Assembly: GCA_000934665.2 (NCBI GenBank)
Contig: KZ538002.1
Location: forward strand, 248,001 to 312,000
Source: Catajapyx aquilonaris
Taxonomy: Eukaryota
Reading direction: 5' to 3'
Length of the DNA: 64,000 bases
This document shows positions 12,649-24,710 of this stretch, piece after piece. The notes under the pieces were generated by a model, which saw only the letters and a program-made list of their open reading frames with translations, ran no database searches and was not told where the DNA came from. Every line of letters starts with the position of its first letter. Positions within the stretch are counted from its first letter, which is position 1. The position numbers and the translations under genes are program-made.

Positions 12649-15600
12649 GTCCAACCACTGATATTACATAATAACAGCGGAGGTAATTTAAAATGCTTAT
12701 CTTATTGATTCCCTCCCCCCTCCCCCCACCCTCTCTTTTTTAAAAAAACTGAGATATCACTTGGGGACGCTTCCTTGTCAACGTACAGCATATGTACCCT
12801 CCCTTAATCGATAAGGGAGCTTAACAAATGCGTTCTTTCCTTTTCAGTCTCCATAGTTAAGCGGCCGGATTAACCAGGTGGCTTTTTAATAAATTCACTC
12901 CATATAGGACCGACCTAAATTGAAAAAAAAGGTGGCAGCAGGAGGGTCAAAAGATACAACGCCGATAGAAAAGAAAAAGGCGATGAGTCTTCGTATTAAT
13001 TAGAAAAGGATCGCACCTGTATAGCAAAAAGGGGGAATAAAAAAGCCAATTTGGAGAATCTCTTTCAAAACTGACGGGGGCCTCTATAGTATGCTTCCAG
13101 AATTGGATTTTTTTTTCTCTTCTTCTTCTTCCAAGAAGGAGGGGGTTTGAAGGGGGGAGAAAGGTATCAGACATCCAAGATGGGATCAATGCTTGAGGAA
13201 AGTCGAGACCTGTCCTCACAATGGCATTGCTGTCATTTGTCAGGTGACACTAGGTGCCAGTTTTCTGGCTGCCCCACACTTGTCTTGACAGCTGCCTGAA
13301 TGTAAGTCAAGGATTGAAATTCGACACAACACCTTAAGGCAGGATAAAAGGTGACCTCCGCCACTGTTCAATCGCTGTGCAAACGACATTGTGTTGCTCC
13401 GAATAATATATGATAAGTGGCCCGGGCCACGTCCAGAAACGACAATTTTTCTTATTTTACCTATTAGTCAAATTTACTGGATTACTTTGTGGTTTGGAAA
13501 TTCAAGCCATCCTCTACTAGAAAGTAAGAAAATAATTGTAATATTCACTGTATAGCATCATTTACACACAAAAAACACACTCTGCAAGTGGGTTTAATTT
13601 TAGCGCTTTTAGCAAGACAGTGTCAAAAAATTTTGATTTAAAAATTTCCAGTTTTAATTTTGGTTGCAGCGTACAGGCCTATGCCGAGCTTTAAGCTCGA
13701 CTTGGAGACATCTTTAATTCCTTCCCTATAACCCCTTGGCGAGTTGTATAGCCGGACGTGCGGATGTTAGCACGTACCCGCAGTCCTCCCCTCCTCTCCC
13801 CTCCTCCCTCCATCGTTATATAGCCGGGGTCATTTTTGGGAAGAAGTTGGGAGTGCACAGTTCTCGGGTCTTGCACTTCCCGCTAATTAGGCATATCGCA
13901 TAGAGTGGAATTAGCCAGTTGTAGACCAATACTCCCCAGTTCGAAGACGTGTCCGGAATAGCATCCTCCAGCTTAAATTAATTAAATGCAATTGAAAGAA
14001 CTCCTATCTCCACAAGCCATATGCTTTATATTGGCCATATAAGGCCCCATTATTCCTGCTGGTATTGTTTGTGATCTACAATATCTACGGAGCCGGTGTG
14101 CTATCTGATTCTCTGTTTTCGGAGATAGCATTAGCATATAGACGCACGTCGTTAGAGCCCCCCCAGCGCCCCTGGTGGATATAGACTGGACCAAGAAAAG
14201 GCTGGAGATGGGCCACGGGGACGTGGTTTATGTCTCTGGGTAAATGTTTGCTTACGTTTGTACGTAATTAGTTACAGCGGGGAAGGAAGAACTGCTGCCA
14301 GTAGGATTTTTTTTTCTTTCTCTCTTGACGTACTCTAGATTGGAGTAAACTGAGCCTATCTGCTGGAGGCCAAGAAACGCCAGTATGTCACGATTTTTTT
14401 GTCAAAAAATAGCTGTTATAATTTTTTCACGGTGATTCGCAGGCAAAATATCTGAGAGCGAATGAATGCCATTGACATTTCCCCAGTGCAAAAGTGTCAC
14501 CTAGGCTGAATTCAGCACAAAACAAGGAAGAACAGCAGCACAATGCGATGTGACGGCTACCAAAAACGTGTCTGCGACACGTTTCAAAAAAATCGCGAAA
14601 TGCCACAAGAGTGCCACCACTCCACCCGATTTCCTTTGTAAATCAGACTACACGCTGGAAATATTCGCGGTCCCCCCACCATTATTGTTGTGAAAACATG
14701 CTATTTTTCCATCCGGGCACCCCGTTTTGAAGTCCATTCCTGGACGAGCGACACCCAAAAAAATCCCTGTCACGTCTTTTCACTCCGAGCCCTGCAACAC
14801 CCAACAATAGAGCGACCAGCTCCCAGCTTATTTTCAAAGCAGGCATAACTGACCATTGGGGAGGGGATGGGGGGAGGGGGGGGTGTGCTCTCCCACATAC
14901 ATACACACTGGTATATAAAAAAGTCCAGGGTGGAAATCAGGGCTCTCTCTATCCAGCCGGTTTCAGTTGGGTGGGCGAGCACAAGCTGACAATCACCATG
15001 TTTGAAACAAAGGAACACGCAGCTGCACAAAAGGACGGCCGATTGCGGGGGTCCCTAACATATATGGCGGCGGAGGAAGGACATAAACACATGTTTTATA
15101 TTCGGTTGGGGGTGGTGGGCCTCTGGGGGGTCGTGAATGGACAGGGGGAGGGTCAAGCTTTCGTACGTGTGTCCCGAGACGTCATAACCCTGGACAGGTC
15201 GATACTATTAGTGTCAAAGTAAAATGTGGGCTTTTATTGGGATTAGGCAATCGTTGTGCTCGTATCGCACCCTGAGCTCTGATGAAATAGGACCAATAAA
15301 CCATTTTACAGAGGCATAAAGGCGGCCTTTATAGGTTGATGGCAGAGGGCTAACCTAGTAGCTTTTAAGTTATAAAGCACGCCAAAATCAAATGAAATGC
15401 AACCCCAGGAGAGGTCAAGATATAACCGTTTTCTTCGGATCGTGTTTTATTGCACCCCCTGTAGTGATGTCCCTGCTTGATAGAAATCGGTAGGGCTTGA
15501 GGGGGAGACGACATGGCGTTTCCTTTGTGGCGTCCAAGACGTATTTTATCCTCTGGGCCGACGCCACCGGGAACCAGACGATTTATCCAGTCAGGTAGTC

Positions 15601-16114
15601 TCCCCTCAGATGCTAATTAGCGATGCTCAACCTTATATACGAGGCTATTAGGTCCTTCTCTCGCTTAACGACGATTGCCAGACTATTCTTTTGGGTGAAT
15701 ACATCTGGAGTCGAGTCTACTAATTTCCCAGCTCACACTGCGGACTGTCTTCACCACACGCTAACAGGTTTCTGGAACTAGGGGGCCACCTCACAAACAA
15801 AAACAAACAAAAAATGATTCTGTTCGACTAACCCCAACTCGGTGCAGTTGTCTCACATTTGAGTGTTGAAAATGACTACATAATTGGGTTGTTCTGCCAA
15901 GTTTATTTAGTGTAAGTAAATATGTAGACACGCGTACCCAGAAGGCGTTTACAGGGCCTTGAAACAGAAGGCACCTGCTATATGGAAGGTGGGTTGAGTG
16001 AAGAGACTACTGCACCACCACCACCACTAGACTGACTTGAGCCATCGGTTGACTGCCTTCTGGTTACTAACCCCCAGCTGGTCTAATCCCGAGTAACTCT
16101 CTGCTACTCTGCAG

Positions 16115-16245
16115 CTCCAGGCCCGGCCGGCCGCCTAAGCGGGCCTCCGTCGGTCTATCTATGCCGCCCACGCAACTCAATCCGCTCAAGAAGCCTCGCC
16201 TGGAGAACGGAGAGTACCCTGGATACGAGAATGGACACCTGGCCA
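16115..16245 (+). CDS. dac: dachshund internal coding exon A (follows DD1/Dachbox-N; SRPGRPPKRASVGLSMPPTQLNPLKKPRLENGEYPGYENGHLA)
   Basis: Acceptor ctactctgcag|c at 16114/16115 and donor gcca|gtaagt at 16245/16246. The translation has the SSRPGRPPKR motif that follows DD1 in Dachshund/DACH proteins, plus a KKPRL basic motif. 131 nt, phase 2 in and phase 1 out, matching the next exon. Confidence 0.95.
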
Positions 16246-19200
16246 GTAAGTACACAAATTTTTTTCCGCCATTTTCCACGAGCTCATGTGGTAACAATGA
16301 GGCTCGAACGCGGCCACTTTTTCTGACGGCCGACCCAAGATAACGTCTGGGATGGTACAAGTGAGGACAGTTGGATACCGCCTTCCCATGTACTCCAGCC
16401 CATTTCTGCTGACAAACAACCGCACCATCCGCGCCTAATTTCCAGGATCCAACCGTCACTTCTGTCAAGAGCTTGGATATGTTAAGGGGGATGGGCCGGG
16501 GTCCTAAGCTATTGGTAATTATTGCCTGACAAACACACATCCTCGGAGCATGCATGCAATCGTTTGAATACAGTCATAACCGTCACTCAAACTTTGTTGC
16601 CTTTTATTTATTTATTTTTTTTTCCAAGTTGCGAGTGGTCAAAATCCGCGTATCTCAATCCCGTGCTGTGCATCCGGCGGGGCGCCCAAGAAAGCGCAAG
16701 AATTTATATGCCTGTCCTAAGGGCGCACGTGAATGGTTAATTAAGTCTGCCGGTGAGGCTGTCCAAACTACGGGGGGAGTTTTACGAGCTGTTAATCTAA
16801 CTTAGTAATAAAATAAGGCGAAGTCTCCGTGGCGGGGCACAGGCCTCGGGGGTTGGGGAAAATCATTCAAGTTGGCAGTGCAAGTGACCGACAGGAATGG
16901 AGAGATAGATTTAGGGGTGAGGGTAGAGGGGTCTGTCAGTCTTTCAACCATTTGCAAAACCCCCATGGCCTCTGGCTTTTCCATGAGGGTTGCATGAGTG
17001 AACCCAGCCTGATTTTCCGATGATTCAAACTGCTGGGCTTGTAGATTGCACTGTTATTTTTCACCTTGTGTTGCAAATTGAAAACGGATTGAGTTGCACT
17101 GTATTAATGTACTGGGTCGCAGTTTCCAGCATTAACGGATCGCCACGGGATGAACAAATCAGCGACAGAAAAAAAAGACGAGCCCTAAAGCTGNCCCCCC
17201 CCCCCCCCAAGCTGGATAAAAAATGGCCGCCACTTGCTCCGGATCGGAATTTGTTTTTATTTGAAAATTTGACCCCGTAAATGTGCGACTCTGAGTTATT
17301 AATCATGCAAAAATCATGCGGTGAGGAAATTACAGGTTAAACATCCCGGACAGTTGCCCATCGTTCTGAAACTCGTTTCGGGGAGCTGCCTCCGCTTAAT
17401 CATATTGCACCTGTAACATCATGAAATGTGTTCTGTGCGTAGGGAAACCGAAGTTGAGGAGTGTGAATCGACACGTGTTGTTGCACTCCCCTCTTCCATT
17501 TCCTGCTCGGTGAAATCAAAAGCGCCAATCCCATTCATCAAGCTGGGGAATGAAAACGGCCGGACATTTGCAGTGCCACGGGGGGAAGAGGGGGGAAAAA
17601 ACGCACTTGTAGGCTTAATTCTGGCTACTATCATTTGATTTGTCATCACCTTTACACTCAGAGAGCTACCGGGGGTGCCAGAATTGAATTGCAGGATCAA
17701 AGATTATTGTGTACAAAGCTAGTAGCCTCTATCCTCCACGTCAACCAACCCCATCTAGCGGTGTACCTGGACAATAAATATTGTAATGGAAAGTTGGGTT
17801 GTATAGAGAGGGCTGGTTTGGTGTTAATCTAGATAAAGTCTAATGGCCTTAGCTGATTAGGTCCTAGCCCAAAATTTGCACCTTTTAATTTAAATCAGGT
17901 GTCGTTCACCTGGACAGTACGGTGGGAAACAAAAGACCATAGGAAACAAAGAGTGGGGTGGGGGACCCGGCGCACTAACAATATTTGGAAATTAATCCGG
18001 GAGCGGGCTTGGAGAGATGACTAATCCCAGAAGAGAGGGGGGGCTTTTTTCGGTTAGATCTGAACGCCGGCTTCCGAACCCAACAAAGGCTTTCTACTCG
18101 TTTTTTTTTTGGGGGGGGGGGGNCCCTACGTGTATTATTACGGGGGGATGAACTTTGCTTTTAAGTGCATGACGACTGCGACTTTAGTGACTCACACGCT
18201 GTCACGTTGGGTTTGTGTCTACCCAGACCACATGCAAAGCAAGTGCTATTGTCCGTCGCAATTGGATCCCTTTGCATGTAATGAATCCGCCATTATTAAG
18301 AGGAAGAAAAAAAGGCCAGATAATAATGAGAGTAAATCTTGGGAGGGCAGTGTCAGAGTGCGCAAATGATTCCATGAGAATAAACCGATTAGGTCAATAA
18401 TTAGTAAGGGCTACTAACGACCCAAATAGCTGGCCAGCCCCCTAGATCGTAAAACGATGCTCCGTAATAAAGACGCCATCTTGGATATGGGAGCAGTACA
18501 AGTGAGCACATACCACCACCCCCACCTACTTGGTGATTCTGGTCATAAAAAAGATTCCAATGCTGGAGTGGATCACACGTCCCTTCGAGATGACTCATAA
18601 TTGGCCCTTGAGCGTGATTATCTCCGATGCCCCCCACACGGACAGGTAGTAGTTAAGCATTATAACCTGGGCGAATAGGTAGGCCGTTGGGTCCCCTTCC
18701 ATTACCTCTTCAATTATCCAATTAAATTGGGGCTGGCATGATTCCTATTGGAAGCTCCCTTTCTCTCGACCTGGATCGGTACTGGCTTGAAAATGTGTGT
18801 GATTTGGTTAGCGAATATTGAATATTGCGCGCACGAAAGATGGCGGTTGGAACTACAGTAGCCGGAGTGAAATGTGTCTTGCGGGAAGTGAGTGTGGGGG
18901 GCTAGATATTGAAAGGGTGGTAAGCTGTGGGTGCTGGCCATTTGTCCATGCAGGTGAGGCTGCAATTCCCAGGTCCCCGATCGGCTATTTTCCGGGTCAT
19001 CTTCCCCCATCGGCAAGCCGGTCAAGCCCCCAGCCAGCTTCCTCGCACTCAAATTGCCATCGTTTTGTGCGGTCACAATGCAGTTAGTGCTAATTCCCTC
19101 CAAGTTACTGCCGCATTAAGGTGTTTTCCGGATGTTTTCCTACCAGTGCTTTGCTGCAGGGAACCGCAAGGAAATTGGCTATACTTCTAATAATGCATGT

Positions 19201-22200
19201 TTTAATAAAGTTGAGCAAGCGAGGGAAATCTAATAAAAATAGGAATAAAGGGAAGGCATAATAGAAAGGAACTTTATGGAAAAGTCAAATCTAATAAAAA
19301 TCGCACACACTGGGTAATGTGCCATTAAGGGGGGAATCCAATATAGAGCTGTTTTGTACTTTGTGGCTGGTACTTTTGGGAGCCAGGGGGACCCGTGATT
19401 TTATTGCCGGCGGGGGTGGTGGTGTTGGGTGGGTAAGGGTGGGAGAGGAGAGATTCCAAGTCTTTTACACCCGTGGGTAGGGGGGGCTATGAGGTGCGGA
19501 AGTGGGCCTCATTTCGGGAACCTTTCTTAGATTCCAACTAGGGCCCAATCGAGTGGAAGACGATTTCACAAAAAGCGAAGCCCACCCCGAAAAAAAAGAG
19601 ATCCTAAGTCTCCCGTTATATGCCCTCGATTGCCACCCCACTCTTTCTCCATAACCCCCTAGATTTTCGGCCACATAAAAAAGGAACGCCAGCCGTGGAC
19701 TGCACGGAATTTGCCTCAGTAAACCCAAACTTTTGGTTTCAGTTTGATGCGCTTTTTTTGGGACCCCTCCTATTTTCGGTTCGAAGGCAGTAAAAACCGG
19801 GAGAAATACCGTAAGGTACTTGCTTGGGAAGGAAATAAGAAAAAACCGTTTTGAGGAAACAATATATTACAGCAGTAAAACGTCTGAAATTGAATAGCAG
19901 TGGTCAATTTCTTTGAAAAGGGAAGTTCGTGTCAAAGGTCTGGCGCACGCGTATAGATGTTGAAGCGGGAAATTCGGTATTAAAGCAGTGTTTTTTGGAA
20001 AGTCACGGATGTGACTAATTTTGATATTGTGCTTTTCAAATTGGAAAATAAGCAGCTTACCCTTTTTGCATTATTCAATTTTATGCATCATTTTAATGGG
20101 TCACCCCTATTCATAAATTTGGCCGTGTCTACGTGACATGTTGACCGCCATTAAACCAACAAGTCCCATTGTGTGCTGGCCATCTCGGTTAAGAAATATC
20201 GCCCAGCTGATTCAGGCCCATCGAAAAAATATGTACACGGTGCAGCATTATGCGAGGGAGGGGCAGGGGGGAGGGGGAGGGGTGCTGTAGGGGCCATTTT
20301 AATCTAACATAGTGCGGGTTGATTTCATTGAAATGTGAATGCTCGGACCGGGACATAAGTTTGGTTAATGCCACGCACACATAACAGGGTTCCAATAAAT
20401 GCCAGTCCTGAATGGGAGGTACACAAATATGGAGGGAGGGGGGGAGTGTGGGATAGAGGGGGCAAACAATGACATCCTGCAGGTGGTATAATTGGCCAAC
20501 ATTTGACAAACCTACAGCTTCCAAAATGCGGCGCCACAATGGAATATGGATTTAGCGCCGTTGGGGGGTCGCGGAAACGGGCCAGAGTCATTGCCCATAA
20601 CTGCAATGCTTTTGTGATGAAGCCATACATCCTCTGGACGACATAACGCCAATCCACATACAGTATAGGCTATCACTAGCACTAACTCTATCACCCTCCC
20701 CCCGCTCCGCTCCCTATACCCCCCATGACTGTTCATTAGGTTCTCAGCTGCAGATGAGGAATGATAGGGCCCATGATATGCCTACAATTGAAAGGACTAT
20801 TGCGGCGATTTTTGTGACGATTACACTCGGTTATTTCAGTCAGGCGTGTCGTTTTTACGTCGGGTAATTACACGGGACCAAAAATTTATGGCGGGCCATA
20901 ACGGTGTACAAATCCTCAAATTTTGTCACATGGGGATCCGTACTTATATTACCTATAAATGAAACTTCATACCAAGTCGTAATTACACTACGGACAAATC
21001 TGCGCCACCACACTAAATAAGTTTGTCATCGTAGCAAATACTGAGTCAGTGACCCAGTCAAAAAACCGGCCCCCGCAATTAAAACGATGACCACTTAGGC
21101 GCTATTTTTATCCCCCCGAAATAGCCGTGCATATCACAGCTAATATTGATACGTTGCGCCCCTTGTAAAAGTCACCACCCTCAGATTGTTAACTGGAAAA
21201 GAAAAATGAAGCCGCTTTTTTTCTCTTCTTTCTTTTCTGGAGCTTGATGGGAGTGATAGCATCACAATGGGCAGTGTGGACAGAGAAGTCCCAGGAGGTT
21301 GGGACTCCGGTTATGCCCCCCCTTAACCACTGAAATCCCCCGACGTCTTCATGGGGCCGGGGGCCGCCCCCGTGCTGAGATCTCCTGCCGATCCTTTGTC
21401 ACCTGTTGGCAAAGTTGGAAGCCGGCAAAAAGGCGGGGTCCACTTACCTTAGGGCTAGGTTCAAAAACCAGGTTGGCCAACATAGGCTCTTTTTTTATGT
21501 GAATCTCTGTTGGGGGTTGTCGTCACACCCTTTTGCTCCTGCTTGTAGGTGTGGTTTAAATAGTAGCCGGGATTTTGGGGTTGCGTGTATTTGGGGCTCC
21601 CCCCCTTTTGAAAATCCTGGGGAGGCCGCCACTTGTAAATAACCATTCTTCATCCCCGCAGCGCAAGTGCACGTGGTTTAAGTGCCATTATGAAAAATTC
21701 ATAATATAGAGCGGGGCTCATTATTGGTAACTGCCTGCCGGGAGTATTTATGGGACGTGCAAGACTGGAATTTTGTGGTACAAGAGTGACCTCAGGCGTC
21801 TGGTACGCATGTGCGTGTATACATTCGATTGACATGATTGATTCCAAGAAAAAAGTTCCCCCCCCCCCTGTACGTAATTACTAGCCAGGATGCTCGTAAA
21901 GTTATCCTAGAAACAGCTGGTCAGCTTCAGGCCTTTAGCTGGAACCCACATGGTAGTAGTTACCCGAAGAACTATCGATTCAAAAATAATAATATCCGGC
22001 TAATTAAATTATGCGTCTTGCTGGGTGACCCAATGTGACGAGGTCTATAAATTTGGGACGCCCTTCAATAGCACTCTAGAGCAGAAGTTGGCTCGATGGG
22101 GTTTAATTTTCTTTTCTTCCCTCCCCCTCCTCCTCCTCCCCCTCCCTCTTTCCAATTCTTGAGATTTATATAAGTAGAGAAAACGTCATAATAAGGGGAA

Positions 22201-24289
22201 GTAATGGGCCGATGCGACCTGGCCTTAAATTGGGGCTAAAATATAGTCTCCATTTGGTTAGAAGGGAGGGGGAAGGCGGGGGACGAGCTCTCCTGGAACC
22301 GAAGATCGGCAGGAGGGCCACCTATAACAAGACTCCATACTGGGTTCAACTTGTTATTCGCGGGAAAGAGCCCGGGGAGAGAACGTTCACGAAGATGCTC
22401 CCCACCGAAATTGGGAAGGGGGAGAAACAACAGTGTGTTATGGTCACTTGTTGGGGGTGTGGAATGCATTGTTTCACTCCAAAGGTGGGCGTCCCTCATC
22501 AGCAAGGAATGGGGGCTGTCATGCGCGGTTTTTTACCCCAAAAATATATCCCTGTTTGTAAGGGATCCATGTCGGTCCAACAGGCTTCAACCACACCGCT
22601 CCGTACGTCATTCTTCCATGGATGGGACACAAGTGCATTGTCGCTTGTCAAGTTCAGCACTTTTTCAGATGACGTCCCCCACCCCCCCTGGAAAAAAGGG
22701 ATCCGAGTGGCGTCCGTCACGCGCAGAAGTGTCTCCCGAACGAGGGATAGATTGACAATTAACCAGGGCCCACTTGGGTTCAACAATGCTCCACGCACAC
22801 TCTGTAGCCATTTTGCTGAGATCCAAACCCGATGAAGAATTCCAGTCCTCCGGGCCGGGGCGGCGACCAGGGGGCGCCGACTCCAAATTACCCACCAATT
22901 TGCCAAAAAACACTCGTCATTGTCGAAAAGGCTTTAGGGAGGTCAAGTGGTTTCACGTTTCAAAGGATTGATTTGCTTTCTATGAGGGAAAATGCGCTTT
23001 GGGGCGCCCAAATGGCGTAGCGACCACTCGGAACGCGGCTTTTTGTAGCCCCTAGGGAAAATGCTGTCGGATCAGCACGGGGCCTCTACGTGCCAATTGG
23101 GGGGGCACTGTTGCCTGCCTCCCCCCATCAAACATGTACTTGCAGCCGCACCCTCTTTTTCGCCTCTACTTTAAAATAGATCCGGGTGCGACAGGGGCCA
23201 TCCGGGACACAAGTGATGGCGGCCGCCAATGGCTGTCCTCAACCGGACGTCTCGTATTTCAAGGTCGATAGTCCAGCATGCTGAGGTGTGTTGTCATGGA
23301 AAAACCGCTACTGGAATCCCCCCACCATGATGTCAACGGTGCTCTTTTGCAGAGCCCAACAGTTAATTCGGATCCGGACAAAAAAATGAGCCACAACTCG
23401 TTGTTAGGCCGCGATGCATGAAATGACGTGGATTACTTAGGCCCGGTGGGGTACACATTGGTCCAGGTTGGCACCATCAAAAAAATTGTATATTGGCCGA
23501 TTGAAGCATGAATTATTCAGTGTTTACGTTTGCATATTTACTACACGAGGAAATATTCGTAAGAGTGGACCATCAGTATACGGTAGCTGAGCAAAGAAAT
23601 CTGAAACGAACATTCAATCATTTTAAGCGCGCAATTCAACCGCAATAATGAGCATTTTCACAGGCCGCCCCTATACGATGTGGACACAAAATGCATCTAA
23701 TTTGAAAAATATGTGTTTTTATGTCGGGGGGATTTCGAATTAGGGGGGATGAAATTGGATCCCTCATTCCGCCACCATTGGCATCATCGGAGTGCATCCC
23801 GAATCCAAGATGATCATCAGCCCGATTGCATTCCCCTTTTTCCTCATTGAACACCAAGCCCCCCCCCCTCCCCCTACCCTCCAACCCTATATACGGCTAG
23901 CCCCCACCGCCCCATTGGGCCAAAAACGATTCTTCTCTATTATGATGGTTGTTTTCCACCATTGACAGTTTCATTAATAGGAATCCGCGTTGCTTACGGT
24001 CATTACCTCTAACAATTTTACATTAGCTACGTGTGGCCTGCCGGCCGAATATGGTCGAATTTGGCATGGAATTGTGACTGCAGGGACGGACTATACAATG
24101 CTTTTCGATATTTTGCCCCCCTCCCCCCCAAGAGCAGATTCAGCAGCTAGCGGGTGCGATGGAGCTTGGCATCGGTTCGTTTGTGTCCGGGCCGATAAGC
24201 AGAAAATTGGGCCCACGGTACTTACTACACGTGCATGTTGTGCTGTTTCTCGGCTGTGAAAAACAGCGCCGGACACCCACCTCCAACAG

Positions 24290-24349
24290 GGGGATGAGTT
24301 CATTGCGATTCAGATCAACCAGGGGATGAGTTCATTCCGATTCAGATCA
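24290..24349. repeat. Direct duplication with 32-bp period
   Basis: GGGGATGAGTTCATT(G/C)CGATTCAGATCA at 24290 and 24322. Confidence 0.9.
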
Positions 24350-24487
24350 TCAGATTGTACTAACAAAAATGAAAGTTTTTTGCATCAAAAATGTAGAGTG
24401 ACAGGTAAGTGAGCATAGGTTAAGCTCGGAAGGAGTTTCCTGTGGGACAGTCATAGTTGAGCGTAACAGTGATGTCCCTCTTTTCAG

Positions 24488-24710
24488 ACGCCCCCCGCAT
24501 GGAGAAGTCTCCGCTTCTGGCCAACGGCTACAATCACCCCCCAACACACCTGAATCCAATGCAGTTCATGCCGCTGAACCACCCGGCGGCTGCACACACC
24601 GCCATCTTGTCACCGGGGGGCATCCCCATTTCCTCTAGTCACACCATGGCTCGCTCAGACGGCTCAATTATCAAGACGCAGGGCCTCGAGAGCATGGACG
24701 CCATCGCCAG
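24488..24710 (+). CDS. dac: dachshund internal coding exon B (APRMEKSPLLANGYNHPPTHLNPMQFM...GLESMDAIAR)
   Basis: Acceptor tccctcttttcag| at 24487 and donor gccag|gtaaat at 24710. KSPLLANGYN is recognisable from arthropod Dac. 223 nt, phase 1 in and phase 2 out, in frame with both neighbours. Confidence 0.93.

Larger units (their letters stand above)
1..16114 (+). other. dac: dac intron (5' end outside window), >16.1 kb
   Basis: I found no DD1-coding exon upstream of 16115. The sequence is non-coding in character. Confidence 0.75.

Noticed and set aside
22212..22835. 207-aa ORF
   Set aside because: No recognisable domain, overlapping ORFs in several frames, and it lies in a dac intron. Consistent with chance.
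24290..24349. CRISPR-like direct repeat
   Set aside because: Only two copies with a 4-nt spacer, in a eukaryotic intron, with no cas genes.
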